Below the pieces are notes generated by a model. The model was given only the letters and a program-made list of their open reading frames with translations. It was not told where the DNA came from and searched no databases. A stretch of 64,000 nucleotides of DNA from a virus. Its lineage: Duplodnaviria; Caudoviricetes. Below are positions 9,389 to 20,179 of the stretch, in pieces (the stretch's first letter is position 1; every line of letters starts with the position of its first letter). The DNA lies in the IMG/VR virus record IMGVR_UViG_3300048926_000317, positions 23,530 to 87,529 of that record; one strand, 5' to 3'. The position numbers were made by a program, and so were the translations under genes.

Positions 9389-9694
9389 TTAAATATATTT
9401 TATAAATGGTCTATACCATGCGTTATTAAAATCTTCCGGAAGAAATTCTTCTATTATATATTTTGATTTAGCTGTTCTACTTCCTACAATTCGAATATCA
9501 TCTTCAATTATTCGATCGTAAGCTTCTTTAGTAATTTCTTTATTTCCAATTTCTTCAAATCTTCTTACATCACATCCATTTTGAAGCTCATAATACTCAT
9601 TAGAATATTTCCATTTTTTACTTTTATCAATTGGTTTAGTAAAAGAATGAATCTTATAATAATATAATTTATTTAATTTAAAGAAATGAAATAA
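9389..9694 (-). CDS. open reading frame of about 100 codons with no ATG/GTG/TTG start; possible -1 frameshift extension of 9673-9930
   Basis: Stop-free frame checked codon by codon (NKLYYYKIHSF...NAWYRPFIKYI) that fills the gap between genes. Confidence 0.5.
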   Translation of the reverse strand, partial: LFHFFKLNKLYYYKIHSFTKPIDKSKKWKYSNEYYELQNGCDVRRFEEIGNKEITKEAYDRIIEDDIRIVGSRTAKSKYIIEEFLPEDFNNAWYRPFIKYI

Positions 9695-9930
9695 TCATCA
9701 TTAAGTATCAATAATCCCGAATATTTATATTGTAATAATACTTCAGGGACAAAAGAATAAATCTCTCCACTTACCAATATTAAAACCTCAACCTTATTGT
9801 TTCTAATATTTAATGATCTTACTAACATACCATGTTCAGGATTGGATTTTAAAAATACAAGCTCACCTATCTTAAATTTATTGATATTAGTATGGCGTAT
9901 CATATATTGATAAAGTACTTTTTTTAACAT
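9673..9930 (-). CDS. small SH3-like (YodC/DUF2158-like) protein
   Basis: KFKIGELVFLKS....MLV motif. Confidence 0.5.
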   Translation of the reverse strand: MLKKVLYQYMIRHTNINKFKIGELVFLKSNPEHGMLVRSLNIRNNKVEVLILVSGEIYSFVPEVLLQYKYSGLLILNDDYFISLN

Positions 9931-10244
9931 ATGTAAATGTATAAATTTGATTAATTTATGTTCTAGCGTAAGTTTAAATACTCTTTATATGGGCGAAAAA
10001 AAATTGAGCCTGACTCGATGAAAATTTTACCCCCGCCCTATCGATTTCATTGAAACGAATTTGAATTTCAAAGTCGATTTTCCTCTAGCCATGGACCGTG
10101 ATCTACATCGTAGTATTTAAACTACATACAAATATATACAATATATTTCATTCAGCATAGGGGTGGATCAAAAAAGGTTTGTTAAATAAGGGGTATATAA
10201 AATTATTTTCCTAGACTTGTTCTGTTTCCGTATACAAAACAGAA

Positions 10245-10460
10245 CTATATATCTTTCATAAGATCAGCAGGAGTACAGCCTATTGCATTAGCCAAGTTGA
10301 TTATAGTATTAAGGCTTGGATTGGTCAAATGCGCTATCCAGAATCTATTAACTTCTAACCTGGCACAAATGTAAGAAACGCTCTTCTTTCTTTTCTTTCT
10401 TTCTACTCTAATATTCTCTTTAAATTTATTTATACTCATAATGTTATTGTTTGTCGCCAC
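10245..10460 (-). CDS. XRE/Cro-CI-type helix-turn-helix regulator
   Basis: NIRVERKKRKKS...NPSLNTIINLANAIGCTPADL; GTG start; TATATTTG box on the minus strand at about 10491-10498. Confidence 0.75.
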   Translation of the reverse strand: MATNNNIMSINKFKENIRVERKKRKKSVSYICARLEVNRFWIAHLTNPSLNTIINLANAIGCTPADLMKDI

Positions 10461-11051
10461 AATATTTACACTTGTGCTTATTTATTGCCACAAATATAGT
10501 ATTTATTCTGGTAAAACATGTCTTTGATAGAGTTTAAAAACTCAATTTGCTCGACTATACACGAACATTTTAAAAAGTTTCTTAGTGTAACAATGTGCCG
10601 TTATGAGTTGTATAATATTGTCAAATGATTGTTATAATGAGTGATAGTGTACCGTGTAGTACAAAATAAAATCATCGAATTAGATATGTTTGAGTGAGGT
10701 TTAAATATGACGTTTGATTGTTATATTAAAACATACTGCTTAGTATTTTTTTTAGGATGCAGATTATAAAATTGCTGTGGGTTCTAAATGTTGAATGGTT
10801 TGTTTATATGGTGGTCGCTTCGCTCCTTCCTCTCTCTGTGTTCTCTTCTTTAGTTCTATATAGAATCTATATTATTGTTAGCTTGTCGGAAAATCTGGTA
10901 TTGGTAATGTTGATGTTAGGTATATTTTTTATTCTTGGCTGTTTTGTAATCCGTTAGAATCGTGTATAAATTTTTGTCTTGGTAATTGTGCATTATAAGT
11001 TATTGATAATTGGGTTTAATGAAAATAATTGTATAATTATGGAAATCCGTA

Positions 11052-11081
11052 TTGATATATTAAATTAAATACTTAGCTTTG
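11052..11081 (+). promoter_or_regulatory. promoter for 11112
   Basis: TTG at 11052, 19 bp, then TAGCTTTG at 11074-11081. Confidence 0.7.
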
Positions 11082-11111
11082 TATAAATAATCAATAAAAT
11101 AATATTTTACA

Positions 11112-11606
11112 ATGAAAACAGAAAATCAATTAAAACAGTTATTATCTACTTTAGGGTTTTTGCCAGTAGATCAATTCCCTATTATGTTTAATGATCTAAG
11201 CGGGGAAGAAATTATTACTCTTGTTAAGCTTCATAATGCAACTGGCATTACTGGGGGTAAGTCTGATTCAATTAGACTTAAAATGTACAATGAATTATTT
11301 AAACGTAAGTCTATTGGAAAGGCGCAGGGTAGGCATTTGAGCTCTAAACAAAAATTATTTCTTGAATCTCTTGGTTTGATTCCTGAAAAGAAAAAGCCGG
11401 AGCCAGAAGGTTTGGACCGAGTTGATAGACTTATACTACAGTATTTAGAACGTGGATATACTCAGTTAGAAGTTTCTGAGACGTTGCAAAAGATGGAAAT
11501 TAAACCTAATAGCCTAAGCATAATTGAAAAGCGATTGAAGTCTATACGAGAAAAGTTTGGTGCAAAAACTAACTTTCATCTCGCGGTTATTCTCTTTAAA
11601 AAATAA
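11112..11606 (+). CDS. regulator with a C-terminal LuxR-like HTH and no receiver domain
   Basis: DRLILQYLERGYTQLEVS...IEKRLKSIREKFGAKTNFHLAVI resembles Flavobacterial response-regulator output domains. Confidence 0.65.
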   Translation: MKTENQLKQLLSTLGFLPVDQFPIMFNDLSGEEIITLVKLHNATGITGGKSDSIRLKMYNELFKRKSIGKAQGRHLSSKQKLFLESLGLIPEKKKPEPEGLDRVDRLILQYLERGYTQLEVSETLQKMEIKPNSLSIIEKRLKSIREKFGAKTNFHLAVILFKK

Positions 11607-11629
11607 GATCCTTTCACCTTGAATTTATA

Positions 11630-11653
11630 ACACTGCCTTCGGGTGGTGTTTTT
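11630..11653 (+). terminator. intrinsic terminator
   Basis: ACACTGCC-TTCG-GGTGGTGT plus T-run. Confidence 0.85.
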
Positions 11654-11814
11654 CTTTTGCTATCTTCTTGCGTGCGCCTTCTTTTTGTTGGCTCGTCAAA
11701 AATATAGCATTCGTAACGCCTGAGAATCGCCTGTATAAAATTAACCTGACAATTGTACAGTGTATGTTATGTATATATCAATATATATGATTAAATTTGA
11801 ATAAATAAAAGATT

Positions 11815-12269
11815 ATGAATAAATACGACAAACGATTTTTATATATTATTGGGAGTTTCTTTGTCTCGGCATTGGTCTTAGTAGCTTTAAAACTATGTGG
11901 ATTGATTAATGTGATGCCACACTACTTAGTAATTGTGATCATGGCTGTGGTCGCTTTTATTGTGACTAGCTTACTGGAATATAAAGACAAAAAAAAGAAT
12001 AGATTATGATACAAATTATTTGCTTAGGATTATTGGTATTTATTGCCGTGATCGTAGTTGCTGGATTCAACAGGCTTTATTCAATGGATGCAAGGATTGA
12101 TAAATTGGTTAGAGATTCAGAAATTAAAATTGATGTGTTGATGCATGATTATTTAATTAAATCTGGATGGAGCCAAGGCGCTGACGCCCTTTATAGCAAT
12201 GATACCTATTTAAATTGGGAATTGAAAGACGCTTATAGAATTGCTAAAACTATAATGACTCGTTCCTAA
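11815..12269 (+). other. two small membrane proteins (11815-12009, 12006-12269)
   Basis: Hydrophobic segments; ATGA overlap; TAAATTTG box just upstream. Confidence 0.65.
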
Positions 12270-12281
12270 GATTATAAACAC

Positions 12282-12308
12282 AAAAAACCCGCCTAGTTAG
12301 AGCGGGTT
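12282..12308. terminator. terminator between convergent genes
   Basis: AACCCGC/GCGGGTT stem with an A-run on the left. Confidence 0.75.
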
Positions 12309-12768
12309 AATTGTTTTCAAAAGTTTTAGATCTAATTATATCCTTGAAAACCTTGTTTTATTGGTTTTATATATTTTTCTTGAGTAATTACTGGGCTTCT
12401 AAAATATGATCCAGTAGCACAGTTGTTTTTGGCGTTAATAATTGCCTTAACTTCATTTTCTGCTTTTACTAAGATTGAACCTTCACCGCCAATTCTTTTT
12501 GTATAAGATACTTTGAAAGTGTTTAAATTTTTCATAATAAATAGTTTAATGATTGATAATTGTTGTAGCTTTCCCTTCGCCATGTTTGAAACCTGCAGCG
12601 TCTACTCCTACAAACGTCTTATTTTCTTTTTCTATTGTTGGCTTTGGCGTTGTTAATCCTATTACAGTTAACCCTGTTATAAAAAAGGCAACAATTAAAA
12701 TAATGATTTGATAGTCTTTTAAATTTTTCATAATGTAATTTTTTAGAGTTATTGTTGTTATCTGAGTA

Positions 12769-12802
12769 CAAATATAAGACAACTTTTTTAATTACACAAT
12801 AG
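12769..12802 (-). promoter_or_regulatory. conserved phage promoter
   Basis: CTATTGTGTAATT, then TATATTTG 20 bp after the TTG. Confidence 0.8.
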
Positions 12803-12840
12803 TGTAAATGTTAAAGTTTAAATTATTTTTAGTTTAACAT

Positions 12841-12868
12841 AAAAAACCGATCAAATAATTGACAGGCT
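12841..12868 (-). terminator. terminator-like hairpin
   Basis: CCTGTCAATTATTTGATCGG plus T6 on the minus strand after 12923-13129. Confidence 0.55.
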
Positions 12869-13734
12869 CTTAAACTTGTAATTTATAGGTTGTAAAACCT
12901 ATTCAAATATACGGATTTATTTTTAATCGTTTTCAATATCTAATGCTTTGATTAATTGGTCCGCGAATAATATACACATGTTTGCCGTGTAGTTCGCATT
13001 GTCTAGTTGCGTGCGCTGTTTGTTTTGGCTTTCGGCTCCCGCTATAGCCTGTAATGCTAACCCTGTGTAATAGTATCTTAAATACTCTTTGTAGGATTCT
13101 TCAGTTGTAAATTCGTCTCTTGATTTCATTTTTTTAATATTTGTCTTATAGGTTTATTGTTTATAAAAAAAGTATGGAAATAATATTCTTCTTTAAATTT
13201 TCTATAATAATCTTTTTGATAATAAATATCTTTCATCAATATTGGATATATATTTTGCAAAGGATGGCAGGAAGATATTTTTTCATGAGTTGTCGAAGAA
13301 ATTCTAATACCATTATAGTAATGCTTTTGTTCTGCATTTTCTTTTTCTTTAAAAAGCTTTAATGCATGTTCATAAGTTATTATCATTTTTTGTTAGTTGT
13401 TTGTAGATTTCTTCGTGGACTTTCCAACCATAGATTGTGCTAAATATAGATCTAAATTTGGTTTTTAAATATGGAATATTTTCAAATGCTATATTTCCTG
13501 ATAAATTGAATTGCCAAAAATCAGATTTATAATTCTCTATAATATCATCTTCGTTATACTTTCGGTAATCTAGCTTTGCATCCTGGCAGAATCTTTTAAT
13601 TGCTTCGTCTAGCATCTGGCAGTTTTCGTAATCCTCGGATCTTTCATAATCGTAAAGTGTTAGAAATGCAATGTTCAAACCATATTCTAAAATACCACTT
13701 TTAATGGCTGTGTATTCGTTGTCTGTAAGTGTAT

Positions 13735-14037
13735 TCATAATTCGGTTGCTTGTTTGATTAGTTTTTCTAAATAATGCATTTCCTTATTAAATTCATCTCT
13801 AAATGATTCAGTCCATTCGTTAGAAGGTATTAACATTGATATGTGTTCAATAAAAGATAGTTTAGACTGTAATTCTGTCAACATTTCCGGGGCCTTTGAT
13901 GTTAGTAATAAATTGTATTTATGTTCTTGATATTTTATATCTGTAGGATCAAATTTTGCTATTTTAATGTGAATTTCTCCCATCAGGTCCCTTCCTGATA
14001 CCCACCATTTCCCCTTTGTTCCTTTAAAATTTTCCAT
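13735..14037 (-). CDS. MENFKGTKGKW-family protein (paralogue of 29148-29486)
   Basis: Shared N-terminus, central KAPE(M/I)L motif and C-terminal LIK.AT; true start is probably 14037. Confidence 0.7.
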   Translation of the reverse strand: MENFKGTKGKWWVSGRDLMGEIHIKIAKFDPTDIKYQEHKYNLLLTSKAPEMLTELQSKLSFIEHISMLIPSNEWTESFRDEFNKEMHYLEKLIKQATEL

Positions 14038-14039
14038 AA

Positions 14040-14396
14040 TTATTCTGTTAAATTTTTGCTTACAAATCCTGTTAAATCTTCTTCGCATTCAATACACCAT
14101 ATTTGAGCTTTACAGGCTGCGAATACTCTATGATGCCCGTCAGTGACAAAAAATACTTTTTTACCTATGTGTTCTTTTTTAATCTCAATAGCATCATCTA
14201 AATCACCCCAAACAAACAAATCACCAATATCATCTTTACTGATCTCACTAAAATAGCCTGTAATTGGAGGAAATCCCCAATGTGAAGTAAGTTCGTCATT
14301 TTCTTTCATCTCTTTGGCATACTTATCAACCTTATCCCAATCCATAGCATTGTCAGGTAGTCCACTTACTATAATATTTGTTCTAATTGTTTCCAT
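14040..14396 (-). CDS. ParB/sulfiredoxin-like N-terminal domain protein
   Basis: FPPI...VTDGHHRVFAA motif. Confidence 0.65.
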   Translation of the reverse strand: METIRTNIIVSGLPDNAMDWDKVDKYAKEMKENDELTSHWGFPPITGYFSEISKDDIGDLFVWGDLDDAIEIKKEHIGKKVFFVTDGHHRVFAACKAQIWCIECEEDLTGFVSKNLTE

Positions 14397-14398
14397 AA

Positions 14399-14608
14399 CT
14401 AAAAAAGATATTTAATGTCAATTTCTAATATCTCACACCACTTTTTTAAAGTCTTTACCGTTATTGCGGTCTTTCCAGTCTTGTAGTCGCTTACGCTCGC
14501 TTCCCTCACTCCCACCTTATCCGCTATTTGTTGTTGAGTCAACCCAGATAATGAGATTAGCTTAAGCATTTCTTGGCTTGGCGTTCTTTCTTTTCTTAAA
14601 TCTATCAT
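14399..14608 (-). CDS. XRE-family HTH regulator
   Basis: GLTQQQIADKVGVREASVSDYKTGKTAITVKTL. Confidence 0.9.
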   Translation of the reverse strand: MIDLRKERTPSQEMLKLISLSGLTQQQIADKVGVREASVSDYKTGKTAITVKTLKKWCEILEIDIKYLF

Positions 14609-16073
14609 ATTATTTTTTATTTAGTAAGTGGTTTTTAAAATCTTGGTAATAAATTCGGATAAATCCAAATATAAAAAGTATTCCTGCTAAGCAGATAGCA
14701 TTTGAATAATCAGGCATTTTTGAAATGCTGTTTTTCTCAATTTCAATCATCATTAATAAGATTAAAATAGCTATTATTATGTTTATTACTCTTTTCATAA
14801 TATTATATATTATAAGGTTTTATTTTTACTCTCACACATAATTGAAAATTTTTAATTTTACCTGCTCCATGAAAATTAAAAAATTTACCGATGAAATTTC
14901 TTTTAATTTGATCATCTGTTTGATCTCCATTCATAGAAGTCGTATAATTATATTTAGGATCTTTAAATATTACTGTTATTGTTTTCATGATTATTTAATT
15001 TTAAAATCTATATTATTATTTTCAAACATTTCGTTTATTAATTTTTTAGAACATCTTTTGAATTTAAAATCCCAAAAATGCATTATTGAATAGTGATCTA
15101 TAGTTTTAAGTAATCTTGGTATGTCCACTAAGTTACAAAAGATTGTGTCATTGTTTAACTCATTAATTATAACAAATACTCTTTGATTGTTGTTGATAGT
15201 TGTTTTCATGATTTTACTTTTTAAATATTAATCTTTCTCAAATTGGGATAAAAAATTTTGTACTTTATTATCTAATTCTTTATAGGTAGAGTTTAATTCT
15301 AAGTACCTTTTTTGATAAAATAATAAAGCTTCAATACATGCGTCTTGCTCTGTTTTTGCTCTCATAACAATATTCATTCCTGCCAGGTTATCATATAGAT
15401 AGTATCCCTCATTAGTTTCTGTTAGAGACAACGTTTTTAATTTAAATACATTTTTAATTGCTTTTGCCATGATATTAATTTTTAGGTGTTAATAATTCGT
15501 TACATTTTTTTACTAGGTCCGGCAGATTATAAGATTGGAATACAATTCCGCCACCATAAGCTTTTGTATTAAATTTTTTACCTCCAATCTTTTTTGCTTT
15601 TTTAATTACTATATCATATTGATTTGAAATACTGTTTAAACCTTTTCCAGCAGTCTTTTCATATTCTAATTCACTAAGTAAATCTAAAAAATGAATTACA
15701 TATCTAGGGTTGCCGTTTACGTCGTTGTTTACTCTCGTAAAATTGTCTGGTGTGATAGTATTTGTTTTCATAATGTTATTTTAAATTTATTTATTAGACT
15801 AAATGAAGTTCATTTGTATTAAATTTTAAAATAGGACTATTTTGATTATATCCGACCCATACAACTACCTCTACATTTTTATATCTGTCTCTATATTCTT
15901 TAACCCCTTCTTTACTCATGTTTATAGGATGAAAATTATTTATAATATCTGTAATTTCTTTTTTTATAATAGATGAATTATGAGATTTAGTATTTAAATC
16001 AAACGTATGTACTACACCTATTTTTGCCTTAATTGTTTTCATGATATTTAAAGTTTAATTATTATTTCTATTG

Positions 16074-16107
16074 CAAATATATAAACTATATTTTAATTAC
16101 ACAATAG
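16074..16107 (-). promoter_or_regulatory. conserved phage promoter (leftward)
   Basis: CTATTGTGTAATT, then TATATTTG 20 bp after the TTG; same upstream 13-mer as at 12790-12802. Confidence 0.8.
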
Positions 16108-16138
16108 CGAAAGTAAAATAAATTGAAAAAAGTTTTAT

Positions 16139-16169
16139 TTGCGTATGTAATATATATAACGTAGATTTG
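16139..16169 (+). promoter_or_regulatory. rightward promoter, back-to-back with 16074-16107
   Basis: TTGCGTA, then TAGATTTG 20 bp after the TTG. Confidence 0.75.
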
Positions 16170-16173
16170 CAAT

Positions 16174-16252
16174 AGTTATAAAGATAAAGCCACAATAAGG
16201 GGTGTCAATACATCATACATGTTGCAGTGTAAACCCTTAAAGTGGCTTTTTA
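16174..16252 (+). ncRNA. candidate ~80-nt small RNA (long hairpin terminator)
   Basis: AAAGCCAC/GTGGCTTT and TAAGGG/CCCTTA stems, a 32-nt loop and a T-run directly after a promoter. Confidence 0.55.
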
Positions 16253-16466
16253 TAAAAAATAATGTTTTTGTATTTAAATATTTGCTATCTTTGATCTTGC
16301 AGTATTTAAAACTCGAATATTTTTGATTAAAATCTTCATATAATATTAGTTTAAAATCGCCTTTGTGCGTGTGTAAATTTTCTTTCGAGACGATTTTTAG
16401 GTACTGCAATTACTCTACACATGTTTACAGAGGCATTTTTATGTAAAAATTTAATCAATATAAATA

Positions 16467-17150
16467 ATGAAGACAAATCAAGTATTAATTCGAAAAATGG
16501 GAAATATTGAGATTTCTCAGCGTACAAGTGATGAAATGTTTAATGCTACAGAATTGGTAAAAAATTGGAACGAATATGTTTCTACCATTGATAAAAATGA
16601 TAATACCCAGAAAAATGGGTATTTAAAAAAGAAGAAAGATTTAGATGATTTTTTTAGTAATAAACAGACTAAAGAATTTATAAATGTTCTAAGCCAAAAA
16701 GAAGATAATGTTTTTACTAAAACAAGAGGAAAAAACGGAGGCACTTGGATGCATCCATACTTGTTTATAGATTTTGCTATGTGGCTTAATCCAGAATTCA
16801 AATATGAAGTATTAAAATTTGTTCATGATGAACTAATAAAAAACAGGCATGAAGCGGGCGATGGATATAGAGAACTTTCTTCACAAGTAGCAAGAATAGT
16901 CAATAAACAATTTATGCCGGTAGCGATGCAAACAATTTCTAAAGGTTTAAATCATATCGTTTACGGTAGGCATGAAAGAAATATTCGAAATAAGGAAGCA
17001 ACCGAAAGCTATTTAAAGACATTAACAGATTTAGAAAATAAAATTGCAATGTTAATCGATGAAGGTTTTTTAAGATCCTACGAAGACGTTTTAAAATATT
17101 TACGTTTAATTTGGCAGAAAGAAAACCAGCCTAAAATATTTGATAATTAG
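16467..17150 (+). CDS. KilA-N domain protein (antirepressor-like)
   Basis: FNATEL...F..NKQTKEFI...TRGKNGGTWMHPYLFIDFAMWLNPEF. Confidence 0.9.
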   Translation: MKTNQVLIRKMGNIEISQRTSDEMFNATELVKNWNEYVSTIDKNDNTQKNGYLKKKKDLDDFFSNKQTKEFINVLSQKEDNVFTKTRGKNGGTWMHPYLFIDFAMWLNPEFKYEVLKFVHDELIKNRHEAGDGYRELSSQVARIVNKQFMPVAMQTISKGLNHIVYGRHERNIRNKEATESYLKTLTDLENKIAMLIDEGFLRSYEDVLKYLRLIWQKENQPKIFDN

Positions 17151-17177
17151 ACGTTCGACTTGAATGTCGAACCCTAC

Positions 17178-17211
17178 AAGCCTGATGTACGTATTTATTT
17201 CAGGCTTTTTT
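17178..17211 (+). terminator. intrinsic terminator
   Basis: AAGCCTGA/TCAGGCTT stem plus T-run. Confidence 0.8.
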
Positions 17212-17273
17212 AATCTTAACAAATGTTAAAATATGTTAAAGTTTTAAATATTCCTATATTTTACTATTTACAC

Positions 17274-17306
17274 TATTGCGTATTAAATATATTCGTTATA
17301 TATTTG
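17274..17306 (+). promoter_or_regulatory. conserved phage promoter for the rightward early region
   Basis: TATTGCGTATT, then TATATTTG 20 bp after the TTG. Confidence 0.8.
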
Positions 17307-17353
17307 TCTCAACAAAACAGAATACTAAAATAACCTCTCTAAAAATAATCATT

Positions 17354-20164
17354 ATGAAAACTAACAAATACAATTATTTAAAAGTTATACAACAACATTT
17401 TGGTCAAGGATGGGAAGATGTAAGCGAATATGAAACGGATAGTACGGGAACTGTCACAGAAATGAGTGATAAATTTAGAACGCTTAAATCAGGCAGACAA
17501 ATTAAAATAACTTTATTATCTCATGATTTAAGAGAATATAAAACCTTAGGCTATCCAACTAGGGTAATCAGAAGAAAAGAATTAAAACAATGTTAAGTAC
17601 AGGGGCCGACCAAAATGGCCTATAGAAAGAATTTTACATTACATTTATTTATCAATATTAATATCATATATAATTTACATTTCAATAAAAAAATAATAAT
17701 CATGAACCACAAAACTACATCACAAGAAACAAAGCTATTTAAATTGGCATTAACGGTAACTTTATTTGCATTCGCATTATTTGTAAGCATAGTAATTTAC
17801 ACTAGTAATACATCTGAGCAATTCACAAACAAGAAATTTTCCTTTCCGGAAGAAATAAGCGAAGCCAGAGCTGGAAGCTTATTAAAAGTTGAAAGAGTAA
17901 CCGAAGACAGTATTTATTTAGGATTTAAACATTAATATTATGAAACCACAATTTAAAATTATTAAAGCAACTCATTTAACACCTTTAGATAGGAAATTAA
18001 TAAATACATCTATTGCAAACAATTTGCAGGACGTAAGCACACAACAAAAACGTTTTAATATAATTTGTCAAGATGCAGAAGGAATAATAAAAGCATATTT
18101 ATACAGCTTTGAAGTCGGGATAGGAATTAACAGTAGGAAGGAATGGAGAAAAAGAGAGATTCAATTTAAAATATTAAATTCTTAGATCATGGATAAAGAC
18201 AGAGCATTTACAGAAATTCAATCAATTTTAGGACATACTAAAAACCAAAATTTAACATACGAAGAGCAAATAAAACTAATTAGAGAGGTTTTACAATCCC
18301 TAAGCGCCTACGATTATCAAAGAGGATTCAAAAATGGGATGAATATATCCGCATCTTTAATCACTGATTTTATTAAAAAAGAATTATCATAAAAAAAATA
18401 CCATTCGGTATGTTTTTAATTACAAAACATTAACCCCATGAACAAAGTATATATATTACAAGAAAACAGCACACGAGACGGTTTAAATTTTGACTATTTC
18501 TGCAAAGATAAAGACAGTCTTCGAGAATTAGCTATAAAAACATTTAAAAATAGATTTATATACCCTGATAACATCAAAGTTAAAAGCTTTAAATTTAACG
18601 ATATTGGAGATATTCAGATTGAATACTTTGACAAAGACACAAACGAGACAGATTTTTTCAAAAATTACTCTTACATAAAAATAACCGTAAAATAATAACC
18701 ATGAGATCAATCGAATATTTAGCACAATTATTTCCTGAGAAAACAGGAAAAGAACTTTTTAAAATTCAAAAGGAAGACAAACAACAGGATGAATTTGAAT
18801 TACAAGAAGCCAACAAAGAAAAAATTAGTATAGTTGAGGATATTAATAAAAATGGTGGTTATTATCGTGGCGCATTTGGAACAGATCAGTATTATATGTA
18901 TAATATTACCAAAATTGATATCGAAAGGAATAATCGTCAAATATATTGTGAGGTGGAAAGAATTACTTTATTTGATTCTCAGAATATCAATAAAGGCTCT
19001 GTTTTATCTGGCGAAAGCATAAACTTTGAAATAAGACAGAAAGAATCTGTTAAATTCGAAGATATTACCCTAATGACAACGCGAATCACTGAGGAAGAAT
19101 ATAACGAACTTAAAAATTACCTATTTGGTGTAGTACCTAAATTTTTCAAAGAGGAATGGAATTTAAGACAAAAGGAATTTGGAAAATCGAAAAAACAATG
19201 AAAAATACAGATAATGCAAGCGATCTTCCAGTAATGAAAAATCATTGTAAAACCTGCCCATTTAAATTAAATTCAGAAGGGAAATGGCAAAATTTTGAAT
19301 TAGCCAATTCAGTTATAAATAGAACTATTTTTAAAGGCTCACAAATATGTCACGGAACTGAAGGTAAAAACCGAAAGCCTAAAAATAGATGTAAAGGAGC
19401 ATTTGAATATAATGAGACCATTTATAAAAGAATTGTGAAAATTGAATTGCAATAACCAAACAATAACGAAACGCCAAAAAATAAAATTATGAACATTTAT
19501 TTAATTACTCAGAATGTAAATACAGGCTGGGACACTTATGATGCAATGGTAGTTGTTGCAGAAACTAAAGAAAGAGCTAAAATATTGACTCTAGAAGACC
19601 GGGATGATCACATTCTAACTTGGACTAAATTTGAACATCTAGAATGTACTTTATTAGGCAAAGCTGTAAAGGGTAGTGAAGAAAAAATAGTCTTCCAATC
19701 GTTCAATGCAGGATAAAATAAAATAACCAATATCGAAAGGTTTAAACAATTAAAATATGAGAGATCACACAGGATGCATACGAGGATATTACAGAGGTAC
19801 AAAAGCTTACTATGCTAAAAATTTACAAGACGATAATTTAAACGTTATGTTTGGCATGTATCATCCAGAAGGAGGGAGTTCCGGCGAAATGAAAATGGAG
19901 TGGGTTGATATTGGATCTAAAAAAACTCCACAGCTTCAGGTATTCGATGACGCGTGGGATGCTTTAGGGTTATTCCTGGATTTAATTCAGCAATTAGCTC
20001 AAAGGGATGATCAAAATATTACTGACGATGAATTTTGTCTAATTTTAGATAGACTAGGATTTAAGGACTTAACAGAGTACAATGATCCTAATTTGCAAGA
20101 AGACAAAATCAGTCAAATAGACATTCAAGAAAGTAAAGCCCGTAAAATGGGGTTAATAAAATAA
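17354..20164 (+). other. cluster of small early-type hypothetical ORFs
   Basis: Tandem ORFs. True starts are probably 17354 and 17702 rather than the track starts; the ORF ending at 19455 is Cys-rich. Confidence 0.75.
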
Positions 20165-20179
20165 TTAAAATCAATAACA

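Larger units (their letters stand above)
12332..16042 (-). other. leftward cluster of about 15 small early-type ORFs
   Basis: Tandem ORFs of 60-120 aa driven by promoters at 12769-12802 and 16074-16107. Confidence 0.75.

Noticed and set aside
10757-10957. 66-aa hydrophobic ORF in the switch region
   Set aside because: The hydrophobicity follows from the T/G-skewed low-complexity DNA, and there is no supporting promoter. It cannot be supported as a gene.
16176-16409. 77-aa minus-strand ORF as a real gene or type I toxin
   Set aside because: TTG start, no upstream consensus promoter and no TM helix; it overlaps structured RNA elements that explain the region better.
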